Assembly (NCBI GenBank): GCA_964016885.1
Contig: OZ024745.1
Coordinates: 69,688,001 to 69,752,000, forward strand
Length of the DNA: 64,000 nt
Source: Eledone cirrhosa
Lineage: Eukaryota
Reading direction: 5' to 3'
Positions 1-14,617 of this stretch are shown piece after piece. Below the pieces are notes generated by a model. That model ran no database searches and was not told the origin of the DNA. It worked only from the letters and a program-made list of their open reading frames with translations. Position numbers and translations under genes: made by a program. Each line of letters begins with the position of its first letter. The first letter of the stretch is position 1.

Positions 1-327
1 TACGTTTATTTTAAAAGTACCCGGTTGAGTGCTTATTCGATTTGTGCTATTTATGCAATTTCTTTGCATGATTTACACATACTGAATTCTGCCAAAATCT
101 GGGGGTTTTCCCCTTGTGAGTTACGCATGTGCTTTTACAAAGCTCTGCGTCATTCACAAAGTTGGCGCAGAACAAAGAACCTGTTGATAACGTGATATTC
201 CTTGTTCGACCATTATACCAAAAGCTTATAGTTTTAAGCAGACAGTATTATTGATTTAGGTGTCATAGAAACCCTGCATTTGGATTTTACCATCAATTCC
301 AATGGGTCCAGGTGGGTTATATATGTG

Positions 328-432
<105 letters not shown>

Positions 433-640
433 GATTTTATCATTTATTTTGTTTGACCTGTTTAGCTTGACTTGGTTTTTGGCGTAGGTGGTTAATGTCT
501 TCTTGACCACTTTTTCAGTTTGTATGGCGTTTGAACATATGTTTAGCTCTGGTTTTTTAACTATGGAGCGCTTGCCAGCATAACTCTGATTTTGCGTTTC
601 GTTTCGCTTTTTCTACCCGCCGAAATGCGATTCTCGCTCA

Positions 641-764
<124 letters not shown>

Positions 765-1000
765 CGCGGGCGATATAAATGAGGAGATTATTTTTAAGGA
801 GTTAGTATTAAAATCATTAATACAAATTAGAAATTATAGCGAGCAGAAAAAATCTTGTAAGTTATAGTAAATAAACAATACTATTACCTGGACATTTTTA
901 TTAATTGGTTTGTGAAAAAAAGAGAAATAAGGACATGGCTCAAGCTACGATATCAACACAGAATCCTTAAAAAGATATATTAGAATCCTTAAAAAGATAT

Positions 1001-2014
1001 ATTACGTTGGATAGGAAGTTCTCATGAGTTTTCAAAATACTATTGACTTTGCTGTATATTAACATTAAGACAATCATCTATGATTACTGATTGCTATCCT
1101 TTAGGAAGGCACGATTCAATTCCTATAGACTTCGTCTGGCTTTAATGCCCAAAATTCCAACAGTCCGGGATTTAACTGGTCTTCGTAATCAAATCTCTTT
1201 AATAGCGTTGCATTACTCATTGAGAGAAAATAAATTTATTAAGCTGTAGTCGCGAGATCGTGCGAATAGGGTAGAATCTCTAAAACTATATCCAGCGGCT
1301 TCTCACGGACCATACTTGATATATGCAGCCGAAGGTTATCATGAAGAAATTGAACAAGACCGTTTTGTTGGTGCACGTGAGCAATTTGTTGCCAATAGAC
1401 ATCAGTGTTTATGGTGGTGTTTATGGAGACACCTTGTTTCATCATCAGCTGGTTGTGCGATAGTAGGAGAGCAGAAAAGTAGCAACTGCCATCCGACATT
1501 GATGTGTACGTTCAGTCAGATTGTGGGACATCCATTGGTTCAGCTTGGACACCTTAGCTAGTGATTGAGTATGATTTTTTGGGCTCCCCAAGCACTTCGG
1601 TGAGTTCACGTGGTGTCTGGCGTGGGTTGTCTTCCACCAGCACACGCAGCTGCTTGTCATTGAATTCGCATGGACATCCTGTGCAAGATCGATTTTAAAG
1701 ATTGTAATTACCAGAAGGGAAGTGTGTGAACCAGTCACTTGCATTGCAATCAGACATGGTGTATGACCCAAATGGTCTCTTATTTCTACAATTCGATGCT
1801 GCTGCGCTTGGGCCAGATTTGACGCCATAAGTTAAACAGCCACAAATAAACGATTTGTATGTTGGTTGCTTCACCTTTGACGGTGTAACAGAAAATGAAA
1901 AAAGCACACAGTGTCACATCTTATATGTGTGCGCAGGCGCAACCTTCAACTTTTGAAGAAAACTCTACCAAAATACCTCCTTTTGAGAAACGACAGGAAC
2001 TTTCTCTCCAGCTT
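1001..2014 (-). mobile_element. Degenerate mariner (Tc1/mariner) DNA transposon with decayed transposase
   Basis: Minus-strand fragments carry decayed mariner motifs: WMSHNL (cf. WVPHEL), FLHDNLRLH (cf. LHDNARPH) and PYSHDLA (cf. YSPDLAP). Imperfect terminal inverted repeats at ~1003-1037 (TACGTTGGATAGGAAGTTC..TTTTCAAAA) and ~1981-2012. Confidence 0.8.
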
Positions 2015-3264
2015 TCTCCCCCATGAATAATTAACACATAACAATTTGTTTGTCTCTTCCCTTGTCATTTATTTCATTTTATTTTATAGAAAGTTTATCT
2101 TAATTATCGAAATCAATAAATATTTTAATTTCTCTCTATTTTTAAATACCTGGCTAAGTATATACAATTTGATACCGTTAGTTGCAAATCTAATTTCTCT
2201 AGTAAAGCTGGAAATCTTTCTAAATTTTATATGTAAGCATTGTGTTGTTTTCAAATTTGGTTGTCTCCAAATTTGCTTCTAGTAGTTTTTTATTCACTTA
2301 TAAATCGACTATTCAGTACAATTTACTTCCATAAATGGGTTTCTATATTTTGATGTAGTTTGTGTATATAGATATGTATCGAGTGTGAACATGGCAACAA
2401 ATGTATTGACTATTTTACGTCTAATAAAAGTTCATATACTAAATATCAGATTAACCTACTATTGATGATTCACTTACAAATCGTGATTATCACATGCCAA
2501 GGGGTTAAGAAAGGATGGCCAAATGTCTGTATTGATCACTCCTGAATACTACAGGCTGAACATTAGAAGAAAAAGTAAGTTATCATCTAAATGGACACCT
2601 GGGTCGATTACTTGTAATAAAATGAACGTTGTTAATGTCACCTTAGATGCCAGGTGGCGGTGTTAGACCATCGATGAATTGCGTTTAGAATCAAAGCAGT
2701 CCCCAGTGGGATTTGAACTCAAATAGCCAGATCAAATATCGCGAGGCATAGCGTTCGACGCATTATCACCTCCGAAACTTCATTTTATTGACCTAAAATT
2801 GATAATTGACAAATTTGACCTCAGCATGACTGGAACACATAGTGAAGAAAAACGGAACAAACTATGCAACGTCAAGGGAAAAGAAACATTGAGAAATCAA
2901 TTATAAAAGCAAATATAAGCGAAAGTGTCATATGTATTTAATATAAGTATATCAAATATTAACACTAAAAGTACAGCAAAACTCGTAGCCACCAAAAGAA
3001 ATATTATACACTACAAAGCAATCTTATATTTTTTCCTTAAGTCAAAAGCTATTACAAAAAGACCTTAGTTATAGAGCAAAATATATTCTGATTACACAAC
3101 ACGCCCGAGAATATACAAAGTGTGCTACCTACTACAACACTTCAAACAATGTAACGAAAATACGATTAAAATGTATGAAAAGTTAATATAGACACATAGA
3201 AGTTGTCTCGTCAAACATAAAGATTTTGTAAAAAAGAACTAGAATTAGTAGTACACTCACCTCA

Positions 3265-3299
<35 letters not shown>

Positions 3300-6181
3300 T
3301 ACTCATTCATAAAATGTACACAAATGGCGCACATCGTTGCCTATATGTGCAAATGTTTTTCACACATTTTGAATACGAAATCACAATTTATTATTCTCAA
3401 GTATATAACAAGTTAAATCCTCGTATAGTAATACAAAGTTATGGAAAAAGTTGTAAATTATTCATACATGATGTCCTTAATAATGTGTGTGTGAGTTGGT
3501 ATTGGTATGAATGTGTTTATATACGTATGTTTATGCTCAAAAGGTTATGTTTACTCTTCATTTTACCTATACCTAATAATCAACGTGCGCTTAACACAAG
3601 GATGTCTGACTGCAAGGCCAGGACATAACAAAGAAGAAGTACATTAATGGCACCAATGAAACTTGGTGTAAGAAATCATCCTATCAGGACAGGCTTCTCA
3701 TCTCACTCTTGAACGACGGCTTTTTAATGGTACAAACGGAAAGATAAGTAACTTAAATTGAGGTGGGGTTGGAGTGAGCCTTTCATATTATTTTTCTTGT
3801 CTTGTTATCGAATGTTTGGTAAGATTCTATGAGCCAAAATAGGATGTCGAAGTGCAATTTATTTTTTATCTATCAATCTCAAAGTATAATCAAGGCCCCA
3901 GGACAATCAAGTAAACGGACAAACCACAGAATGGCGCATTAATGAATTGAACGTTTTATATGAATTCATATAATTAAATAAACAAATCATTAATATCTCG
4001 TCGCATATACCTTTTCAGAGAATGAGGACCATCATTTGGGAAAGGGGCGTACATGGTAGTGGTAGACTGGAACTAAAAGCCTCCATATACCGGTCTTAAA
4101 TTCACTAAAGATGAAGAGATATAACATGATAAAACTTTGCGTGCCTGTTAGGTTAATATGGCTCCACTGATTATAGCCACAAGTGATTGAAATTGTGTGG
4201 AAGACTGTCACGAGGGGAAAATGAATTTCAACAACAGATATCTTAATCAAAAGATGACAAAGGAGAAATTGAAGCAAAATGATTCATAATTCAGAATGTA
4301 TAATTGTTGCTGAAAGATATATATTTTCATTCTACAAATGATCAAATATATATATTAATGGTACAATGGAGCGTGTCTGAAACTCGCTTCGTAATCATAA
4401 GATTGTAGGTTCAATCCTACTGGATGTACTAATGTGTAACTAGCATTATACAGGCTGGGGTAGACTTATACCTTGTGGGTGAAATTAACTAAACGGAAAC
4501 CTTCTGGCAGCTCGTCGGATGGATTGTACCTATAATTCAAACGCTTTATCATACACTGTGTCACGCTGAATTTTATTCGTGTCTCTGAAATGATTCACAT
4601 AAATGTCATGATCAGAACTTTTCCACTGATAGAAAGTCTGGAATAATGATCCACGAAAGCGACAGAGCTTCAATTCACTCCATGCCGGTGTTTAAATATT
4701 GAATGAAATATTCAACGTGCATTGAACTCCGCGATCATTTCCTGCCAAAGTTAACTGTATGTTTCAGTCTCCTGGTGTCGCTATATAAAGTACTACTCTA
4801 TGGCTGGATCGTAAGAGGGCCGATAAGATACCTTGTATTTATTATGTTTTTTTCATTCTGTATTTAACTACAGCAGTCGTCTGTTTGGGTGGTAGACATA
4901 AGCGCCGTCCTATTTAACAAAACACATGGCCCTCGAGTGTCACTTGTATACTTTACTCTGTTGGAAGCATTCGTATCATGCTATATCTTCCTCCAACCCT
5001 TCTCATTCACCAAAAAAGGCTCTAGGCACAATCATAACTCCTACCTGAGCGGAAAAGACGCCGATATGTTAATATTGTCTCAGGAGTATTGCTTATAAAC
5101 ATTAACATGTTTTCGGCTGACATGTTTTCAAACTATCCACGTTTAGTTCTGGTTTTTCTGGGTTTCGGATTGATACAGGGAGAATTTAAAAGGATATATG
5201 TCCACTACTACGGTTTCAACTACTTGCCCTTCCACGTCGCGGGACTTTTAATGTCCAACTCTACCCCTATCTCAGTCCGTAGGAAGATGGTCTGGGATCC
5301 AGGCCACCAGATGTTCACACCACAATAGCTTCGATGATAAAACTATCGCAGAACGGGTGGCATATTTTTGATTTGAGAACTACAGCCTTGTGATATATAT
5401 TACGCTCTCAAAGAGTTAGACCATTCCTACTTAAAATAAAACCTAACATCTATCCAGACCGTTACCTGCTTAAGCAATTCTTCTTTCCATCACCGAACAT
5501 TGTCGTTGAAAATCGTTCACTCGTATATAAATATGTAACTTAAGGTGCAGTCATTGCTAGACTGTTTGAAGTTATTGTTGATGTGGTGTTTGGACTGTAT
5601 TATGAAAATTAATAAAAGGTTATGACAAACTGTTGAGGTTATTGAATATGTTCTTATTCGCTTTAACAATATAATTGTGGCTAATTTAAAATTTTATATA
5701 CACAAGCTAATGTTTGTAATTTTATTACAAGCAAAACTATATTATTGAAGGGTTAAAAAACAAATGTAATTCAAGATATGGTATTTAAATGTTGTGGGAA
5801 ACAATATAAAGGTCTTTCACTATAGATTTATTTCTCTGTGTTTTTCTCACAATTCAGTTTCTGTTAAAGAACAAAAGCTGGCATGAAATATTATATCTAA
5901 ATTTGGCAAACTACACTGGATATTCCATGGAAAATTGCCAAGAATAACGTAGAAATATATGTATAAATGAACAAATACATTTATATATGTGCTCTCTCAC
6001 AAACACCCACACTTACTCAATAACATACATAACATTATTGTACATACACGAGTAGAAGAGGAGAAATGAAAATATTTATATATGCATGTATATACACCCA
6101 CAGATTTTGTGGTGCCTGTGCTTGGCCACAGCCCACTTATTAGAACAAAAAATACGTATATATACATACATACATACATAG

Positions 6182-6258
<77 letters not shown>

Positions 6259-6260
6259 CA

Positions 6261-6321
<61 letters not shown>

Positions 6322-8339
6322 GTGTGTGTGTATTACTGTATGCTTTCATCTGGGAAGTACGTCAGCTTACGTGGGAGTTTATATACGGATAGAATTTAAT
6401 ACGATTTATATACGGATAGAATAATAAAAATAACAAACAAATAGATGATTGTATGTACAATCACATGAATCATAATTCGATAAAATATAATAAAATGACT
6501 GTTCAAACGAAACTTTGTTCCTTCCTATAAGTTTTAGTAAGTATTCCTTGAGTCTTTTCGAAGTACAACACTTCATCAGTCTGATGAATTTGTGTTATCA
6601 TCGATAAATTAAAAGTCGGAAAAATGAGATGGCATGCATTAGGTGCCCTGGGAAACTAGATATTTAGTTAGCTGTGTCTAGCTCTCCCTTGTTGTTCAAA
6701 GTTCATTCCTGCTTCTTAATGAAATATGACACTGCATTCCAGTTTGAAACATCTAGATCTCACGAAATCCTTTGTTTTAATATTTCATTTCCATTTTCCT
6801 TCTTTGGTGGAATACTTAGCTTGTTGGTGTGTGTTATAAAACGTGCTATGTTCCAATGTGTAATTGGCGTTTGGTCAATCTATATGATCCTCAGATTAAA
6901 TTGTAAACACCATTAACTTTTAAGCATAGTGGTCAGCCATTGGTTTGTGCTTCATTCTTTACTCTTGCTGGACCTAATAGATTTCTTATGGTTTGTTATT
7001 CTGAACATGAGACAGACATTGTTTCAGAGTATTTTAACATTTTGTTACGCTGTTACGCTGAGAGGAAGATCAGACCTATTTCGGAATGCAATTAACATTG
7101 TCCTCATATCCTATATCTTGGTATAATAGAATGTTGTATAGGTAATTGTCACTTTTCTTATTGTTCTCTAACACCCTCCACAAATCAAATCCCAGTACTT
7201 CGCTAAGCTCCTATGAAATTTTATTTTGTTCTACATACCTTGCAAATTCATTGCAAAATAAGAAGAAACTTTGTTAAACTGGCATGGGATATAAAAAAAT
7301 TAAAACATGTCCAACTGTAGATTTTCGCAGACATGTTAAACAGCTTTGTTATGTCAGTACATATTTCAGTGATGCATCATTCAAAACTGAAATATTTAAC
7401 AATGCTAGAAAACCAAGAAGAAACTTTAACATATTTACTGCCTGAAATCTCTTCTTGGTAGCAGAAACATGTTGAATGTCTTCTTTTCTGTTTTGATTCT
7501 TTTGTTAAAATTTATATAATTTTTAAGTGATAGTGATGACATGAATAACCGTTGCAGTAATAGAATGTAATGACAGAAAGGGAAATTATACGTTGTTGAT
7601 AGAATTAAGTAATGCAAAGAAACATAAAATGCAACAGCAGTTGGTAAGTCATGTGGTTTTATCACTCTATGCACAATGAAAATATCATTTACATTCGTAC
7701 TGATTCTACGATTATCGATTTCATGTCCAGTAAAACATTGTTATATGAATATTAATGAGAAACTGTTAGTAGGGTTTAAATCTCCTGTATGATCTAGCGC
7801 ATGATAGGATCGTATTTAATTAAATATTGTATCTAATTAAATGCAGGTCGTTTGTATGTTTCGTGATATGTATCGGTACCTGGAACGTTCGTCTCCAAGG
7901 TGCTAACATTGGAATATTTTTCTTGTGGGAGTTAAGTAGTCACTCATGCATGCATGTGTCCCTCTTCATGTCACCGTTTTCTTTCCTAGGGGAAGGTAAG
8001 GAGTGACTTGCTAACACTGAAATCAAATGACCAAAAGAGATAACTCAAAGTAGCACAACCAATGTTCTAACAATTCTGAGGTTCACCGCCATGAATTGTT
8101 ACCTTAGTTCTTTATTTATCTATTTGTATAGGGTTTGGACCCAGTACGCATCAAGCTGGCGCTAATATTCTGCTGGTTGCCGTTAATAAACTAGGGACTA
8201 AAATAGAATGGATCTCCGTAATCTTCCGCGATGATGGTAACATTCTATTCGTTAAATGAACGCGCATGATACGTATGCAAGTAATTGTGAGAATGCCAGA
8301 TAACAATTTCTGAATTTTTATCAGTGATGACGGAGGTTT

Positions 8340-8640
8340 CTATCTGAGACAACCCTCTCCAATTGATCTGGCTGGATCTCTAAGCAATAGCAGCATATCT
8401 CAAACATTTTGCTCCTGGTCTATCACAAGGTCTCCTATCGGTTGGCGTAGGCAGTAAAGTCTTTCCAGCGATTCTTCTTTAGACATCTAACTACGTAACC
8501 ATTGTATCACATCTGTGATGTCAAGATTCTGAGAAGTAGCGCCTCTACCATTATCAATTTCTCGATCTTCAAGCTACGCATCCTATTGAGTTACACTCCT
8601 CAACAAAGTAATGTTGATCATGGACATTATTCCGAGCGAG
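8340..8640 (-). mobile_element. RTE-type LINE 3' fragment (decayed)
   Basis: Reverse strand reads EALLLRI..SQM*YNGYVVR..RIAGKTLLPTPTDRRPCDRP, resembling the RTE C-terminus (LRW.GHV.RM..R....GRRP.GRP) and the copy at 54010-54290. Confidence 0.55.
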
Positions 8641-9555
8641 AAATTGTCCCATGAAGAGAGACATGATACGTTTAGTACACTTTAGAATGGATACCTAAAA
8701 CTTAAAACCAGAAGAATCACTCTCAAAACGTAATTTCAGATGAAATAATTGCTAGAGAAGCATTATCTATTGAGGTTTTATGTAGCGGAATATAATCTAG
8801 CTGGTTTTATATTTTACAATAGATAGTAGTATTTAGGAGACATTGATTTATGATAACAGCTAAACAGCTGTAGCATTACTACGGGTCGAGTAATCAACGA
8901 GGCATTTCAGTTTTTCCGGATCAGTGTGCAGAGAAGTAATTTCAGCCTTGTATCCAAACTAACACATGTTTGAGACATTTATCATTGTCTGGATATTAGG
9001 TAATATATTGAACCAAGTTTCTATCGTGATCCTCAATAGAGAAGCGAACGGCAATAACGCCATCGAGATAGGCGTAAACACCTTTGATAACAAAGTCGCT
9101 AATTATGCTGTCCAACACCTTTTGAAAAGCACTTAGGGCATTAGTCAGATCAACGGATAACCTCGTAATGGCCATAAGCTTCTATCACTTTGAAATGCAG
9201 ATGATCTTTCACCAGCATTGTGCAGAGGAATTTGATATTATGTTGCAGTTTGCAGCAGAATTTATTGTAGGAAATAGAACACTTGAGATCTTTAATATCA
9301 GGAAATATGTAGGTATATAGAAAGTCGTACTGCTTTATCCTATTCCTACTACCATAATTGTATAACACGGAAAGAAAGAGGATTGAATGATATGATCATA
9401 AAGTGATCGTGTTTCTGTCTTTCTTAATGAATATTTCATTAAATAGAGAATAGACGCATGATATAAAATGAATTGGTTTCAAAGCATAGCTGAAATGAGA
9501 AACAAACCTACAGAGAAGAATCACTAGCAGAGCCCCTTGTCAATCAACAGCAACT

Positions 9556-9736
9556 GTTTTTACTTTAGGCACAAGGCCAGCAATTACCCAGTGCATTAGT
9601 AGTACTTTTATTTTATCGACCCCTTAAGGATGAAATTAAAAGTCAACCTCGGCGCGATTTGAACTCAGATCGGAAAGGGACGTAACTATGCTGGAAAGCA
9701 TGGCGTCCGATCCTCTACCGATACTGCCAATCCACT
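9556..9736 (-). mobile_element. tRNA-derived SINE, family 1 (~185 bp)
   Basis: Near-identical to copies at 34959, 47004, 49709, 50457 and 52657; A-box/B-box-like head (TGGCAGTATCGG..GAGTTCAAATC). Confidence 0.9.
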
Positions 9737-10820
9737 GTAAATTTGAAAAATTCATATACAATTTTAATCGATTTTGGACGCGGTTAAGTCTTTGTGAGAA
9801 GGTATATATACATATATCATCTAAACCATCACAAGGAAATACGTATATGATGAGCTTAAATACGGATTCGCTCATAGTAATATTCTGAAATAGAAGCACT
9901 AATTTGTGTATAATTAGCACTTGTGTTGATAGTTAATTAAGATATATAAGTACGAGTGTGTTCGCGTGTACTAGCATAAGATTTCAGCACAAATCCGTTT
10001 ATAAGTGCAATACTAATGTGTTACTACGATATAACGAAATGTTACAATAGAGAGTCATTGGATATAACAAACAAAACCGTATTAATGTCTCTTACTGCAT
10101 TTCACAGGAGATATGCTCAGATTTTCAACTTGCAGTAGAATAATTTCCCCCAGGGGGAACTTCTGTTATGTGTTTATGGTACCACGAAATACTATCCATA
10201 TCGAATAAGTTACTGCACGGATTATGTTATGGCTTTCTGTAATGGCAAATCATTTCAATGCTATCGTCTTTCAGAATATCAGGAAGTAAAAAAAGAATTG
10301 CAAATGAAACAAACAGCTACAACAATAAGAACAGCAACGACAGCGTTATTACGTGCAATCTCCAGTTGATATTGAGCTACGAATATTATCTATGGGAAAT
10401 GAAATGGAGTTATTTTTATTTGTTTATTTGATTCACGTTTGTTGACAAAGAAATGAACAGCTAGAGTATGTTAATATTGTTGGTGGCAATTTAATAGGAC
10501 AACATTTAGAAAATGGCACATGCAGTAAAATATCGCGAGATTGACTATCCACCCTGTGAATCACGTATTACACTCACAATTTAAAGGCTGTAAGTTCGAT
10601 CTCTATGGTATATTGTAATTTAAATCAAAGCAATTTATTTAACATTGTTCAAATATCCATTCATTCTGAGCCATTCTACGCTTATTTCACGTATATCCAT
10701 TGGCCAAATACCTGAAACACATGCCGCCTAAACACTTACATCCACACACTCATCTCCTCGCACATACACAGACAAACACACGTAAATAAATAAATAGACA
10801 AATATGTATCGAATAAGTTA

Positions 10821-12705
10821 CGGTGGTGGATTGTACAGAGACGATGGGCTCTTTACCCTCAAAGGGTACAACCCCAGTAGTACAGACCGGGTCCGTAAAC
10901 AACTAATCAACTTCTTCCGGGACTGTGCATTTAAAATCACCCTACAAACGTCTCTAATTTGAGTCAATTTCCTGTACGTTCAGCTCAACCTCGAAAATAA
11001 TCTGTACTACCCATACAGGAAACCAAACGACAACCTTCCCTAGATCCACCGCCGCTCTAACCATCCTGGAAACATCACCAATAATCTGGTTAAAAACATC
11101 TCCCTCCGTATATCTCGTTTGTCAGCTAATGAGTAAATCTCCTTTTATCCAGTTTCCCTTAGCGGAACCAGCAGGCGACGCCACTGCTCACGCCACGTAA
11201 CGTGGTTCAATCCTCCCAATAATGCCGAGGTGGCAACACCAATCGGGAAAATCTTCTTTAGGCTCCTCGAAAAAGACTTCCCACCACAACACCGCTACCA
11301 CAACATAATCAACAAAAACACTATCAAACTCTTTTACAACACCACACCCAACTTCGCACAAAACATCGGCTCCTCGAACAAGAAACTCAACTCCTATGGA
11401 AGAAACAACCTAGACATTGGGGGTTAGCGGACCAGGATATGTAACTGCCCTGATATATCTACGTGCCCCCCTCAATAACAGATGCCGAGAACGTAACGTG
11501 ATCTACCAATGCAACGTGAGGACGGAATACTCCAACAAAGCCTATATAGGATTAACCGCTTGTGACTTTAAGACCCAACTCTACCAACACTGACATACGT
11601 TCCGAAACCCGACCCGGCGACATGTCACTCCACTTTCGGGCCACATATGGGACCTCCAAGATAACAACATAACATACAATCTTACTTGGAACTTACTTTC
11701 CAGGGCTAAGTCCTACACGGGGGGACGCCGTCCGTGTAACTTATGCTCGGAGGAAACAATACAAGTGTTGTTTACTAAGGATCAACTCCTAAACAAAAAA
11801 GACGAATTCGTAACTGCATGTAAACACCGATTGCGTAAGACTTACCTCACCCTCAAACCCCCGCATGACCCGGGTGGGTAGAAAATTGCTGCAACATCCT
11901 TCCTTTCCCCACTTGCCGAACAAGAAAGGTGAAACCCCAGCATACATAGGTAGATGTACATCTTTTCGTTTTCCCTTTATCTCTTCTTTTCACTTCCTTC
12001 CACTCCCTCTCCCATTTCTTTTCCTTGTTCCTCTTTGGCCTACCATGATGCAGCCCATCCGGTTTCTGTAGCCTCAGTACACCCACCCCAGTAAATTCTA
12101 TATAGCATTGGCCGATAACACAATACCAGTTAAAAATATAGCAGCTCCTTTAGAATCTAGAGGTTTTTTATTTTTTATTTTTTATTATTTGTTACTATTA
12201 AAATTGTTTTATTATTTTTTATTTATTATGTTTTAATCTAAAGTTATTAGCCTTTTAACTTTATAACGTCCCACTCTCAAATTCCCCCAGAATTATTTTC
12301 GCCTGCTTTCTACCTAGCCTACTTTCATACACACTCCTTAGAATTTGGTGTATAGAATTCACTTTCAAACGCTTGACCGGCTCCACCCACTCCCTCATTG
12401 TTATGCAGGCAAGTTCAGCCACCCCCACCTCCCAACTACCACCAAGAAAGACTGAATTGTGTTTACAAGAAATTTTGACGAATACTTTTGACAACTACAA
12501 TCTTCCCATATAATGAATTACCCCTTGAAAACTTTGGCTATTTATTACGACGCTAAAAATTCTAATATAGTCCAGAAATAGCTGTTGAAACAGCTTGAGC
12601 TCTGCCGTCGGGGTTAAACATTTTCCTATTACCCACTTTAATACCCTAAGTAATGAGTACTCTGGAGAGTTATGGTCCATCTGGTTCCTTACCCCACTTC
12701 CTTCG

Positions 12706-12706
<1 letters not shown>
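10821..12706 (+). mobile_element. 5'-truncated, decayed Penelope-like element (RT + C-terminal GIY-YIG; YRDD/WFNPP type, possibly Naiad clade)
   Basis: Manual translation across stops and frameshifts gives GLYRDDGL, YYPYRKPND, SNHP, VTWFNPP, CNC..CP...C.ERNVIYQC..AYIGLT, HIWDL and PCNLCSEE. Coding ends ~11868; the 3' UTR ends in (TA)n. Confidence 0.85.
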
Positions 12707-12748
<42 letters not shown>

Positions 12749-12751
<3 letters not shown>

Positions 12752-13168
12752 ATAATAATAAATTTGAAGACTAAAATCCAAAGAGGACTCGATAAGGATA
12801 AATATATATCAAAGCTATAAGAACCGTAGAGCAAATATTTTTTAAAATAACAGATTAAAGTTTAAGCAAAGAATCGCTGCTTTCACCCTTAACGGGATCT
12901 TCTGAAACTTAAAAGGTCAATCTGTGAACGCAGAAATGAATATTTCAAAAAACGTTGCAACGCGAGGAAGACAGGAAGACGATACTTTGGTTCGTGGAAA
13001 CGTTACCTGGTAAAGAACGGGAAAAACGAATATAATCCGTCATTATTTGGAGCGGTGAAAAACAATTACACGCAAAGACAAACCCACGTTTATGGTATAA
13101 AAGAAGTCGATATATATATATTAATTTGTATATTACATATGCAACAACACAGCACGCCATGTTTCATT
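12749..13168 (-). mobile_element. Non-coding HHR-bearing repeat (family C) between two (TA)n tracts
   Basis: Bounded by (TA)n; pieces recur at 29966-30040; contains the HHR-like fold at 12858-12910. Confidence 0.6.
12858..12910 (-). ncRNA. Type I hammerhead-like motif (core CAGAAGA, i.e. U4A)
   Basis: Minus strand: AAGTTT-CAGAAGA-TCCC gttaa GGGT-GAA-AGCA gcgattctt TGCT-T-AAACTT. All three stems pair; U4 is substituted and stem II is closed by U-U. Confidence 0.6.
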
Positions 13169-13181
13169 TATATATATATAT

Positions 13182-13510
13182 AGCGAAGTAGTTTCAGATG
13201 TTCAAGTCCTTTAATAGTAATGCTGTGATATAAATTTCAATGGCGACAGTGGCCACATTTTTCCCTGCGCCAGTGCTGCGATATCGTCAGACACGTTATT
13301 ATGTAACAAGCTGTCTGACGATGTCACGGCACTGGCGCACGGAACAGTGTGGCCACTGTCGCCATTGAAATATATATCACAGCATTACTATTAAAAGTCT
13401 TGAACATATGAAACTACTTCGCTTTTCCTTATTCGATATTTACTCCGTCACTCCTATGTGGAATAAGTACGTTGAGTGCTTGAATCGAATTGCATCAATA
13501 TTTACCCTAA
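13182..13510. mobile_element. Fold-back non-coding element (family D): inverted arms 13182-13293 and 13312-13423 plus a 3' extension
   Basis: Arms are reverse complements with ~85-90% identity by eye; flanked by (TA)n; related pieces at 16863-16965. Confidence 0.8.
13310..13383 (+). ncRNA. Type I hammerhead motif with long stem II (second copy 13222-13293, minus strand)
   Basis: GCTGT-CTGACGA-[45-nt imperfect hairpin]-GAA-ATATATAT-C-ACAGC; palindromic stem III, AUC triplet. Confidence 0.65.
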
Positions 13511-13750
13511 TATATATATATATATAAACAATTAAGTTAAAAATGTACATCTACATATGCATACTGAAATACTAGTATGCATATGAATACACACACGTAT
13601 ACATATGTAGATGTACCAAGTCTTTCACTGGTTACTTTACTGTGAGTATCCAGCTATTCTGTATGTAAACACACAGACAAACCGGTTTTTAGAGTCATAC
13701 TGGTTTTTGAGGAAACACCTTTCCTCTATTCTCCAGAAAGCCAGACAAGG

Positions 13751-13795
13751 AATATTGAACTAGTTTCGTTGTTGTTACAACTCATCAGCAATATT
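13751..13795 (-). ncRNA. Minimal type I hammerhead ribozyme
   Basis: Exact reverse complement of 14573-14617. Confidence 0.85.
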
Positions 13796-14572
13796 TACCT
13801 ATCTACCGGCCTTTCTGGAGAATCGTAAAAGCACATATCGTTATATGCTTTTTCTATGAAAATTAGTAGTGGGCAGATTAATTTGCATAGAGTGTGAGTA
13901 CGTACCGGTTCAACGGAGACGATAAAAACAAATAACGAAACGAAATTAAATTTCGTTTCGTTTGTAACTCACTTTTGTATGACTGACGCTTAAACAATTA
14001 AGTTAAAAATGTACATCTACATATGCATACTGAAATACTAGTATGCATATGAATACACACACGTATACATATGTAGATGTACCAAGTCTTTCACTGGTTA
14101 CTTTACTGTGAGTATCCAGCTATTCTGTATGTAAACACACAGACAAACCGGTTTTTAGAGTCATACTGGTTTTTGAGGAAACACCTTTCCTCTATTCTCT
14201 AGAAAGCCAGACAAGGAATATTTGTCTGTGTGTTTACATACAGAATAGCTGGATACTCACAGTAAAGTAACCAGTGAAAGACTTGGTACATCTACATATG
14301 TATACGTGTGTGTATTCATATGCATACTAGTATTTCAGTATGCATATGTAGATGTACATTTTTAACTTAATTGTTTAAGCGTCAGTCATACAAAATTGAG
14401 TTACAAACGAAACGAAATTTAATTTCGTTTCGTTATTTGTTTTTATCGTCTCCGTTGAACCGGTACGTACTCACACTCTATGCAAATTAGTCTGCCCACT
14501 ACTAATTTTCATAGAAAAAGCATATAACGATATGTGCTTTTACGATTCTCCAGAAAGGCCGGTAGATAGGTA

Positions 14573-14617
14573 AATATTGCTGATGAGTTGTAACAACAAC
14601 GAAACTAGTTCAATATT
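14573..14617 (+). ncRNA. Minimal type I hammerhead ribozyme
   Basis: AATATTG-CTGATGA-GTTGT aaca ACAAC-GAA-ACTAGT-T-CAATATT: canonical core, palindromic stem III, GUU triplet (cut after 14610). Stem I is extended by TTCTCCAGAAAG/CTTTCTGGAGAA. Confidence 0.88.

Noticed and set aside
6545-6625. CTGATGA on both strands (TTCATCAGTCTGATGAA) as possible hammerheads
   Set aside because: The minus copy has GAAA but no stem I pairing; the plus copy lacks GAAA.
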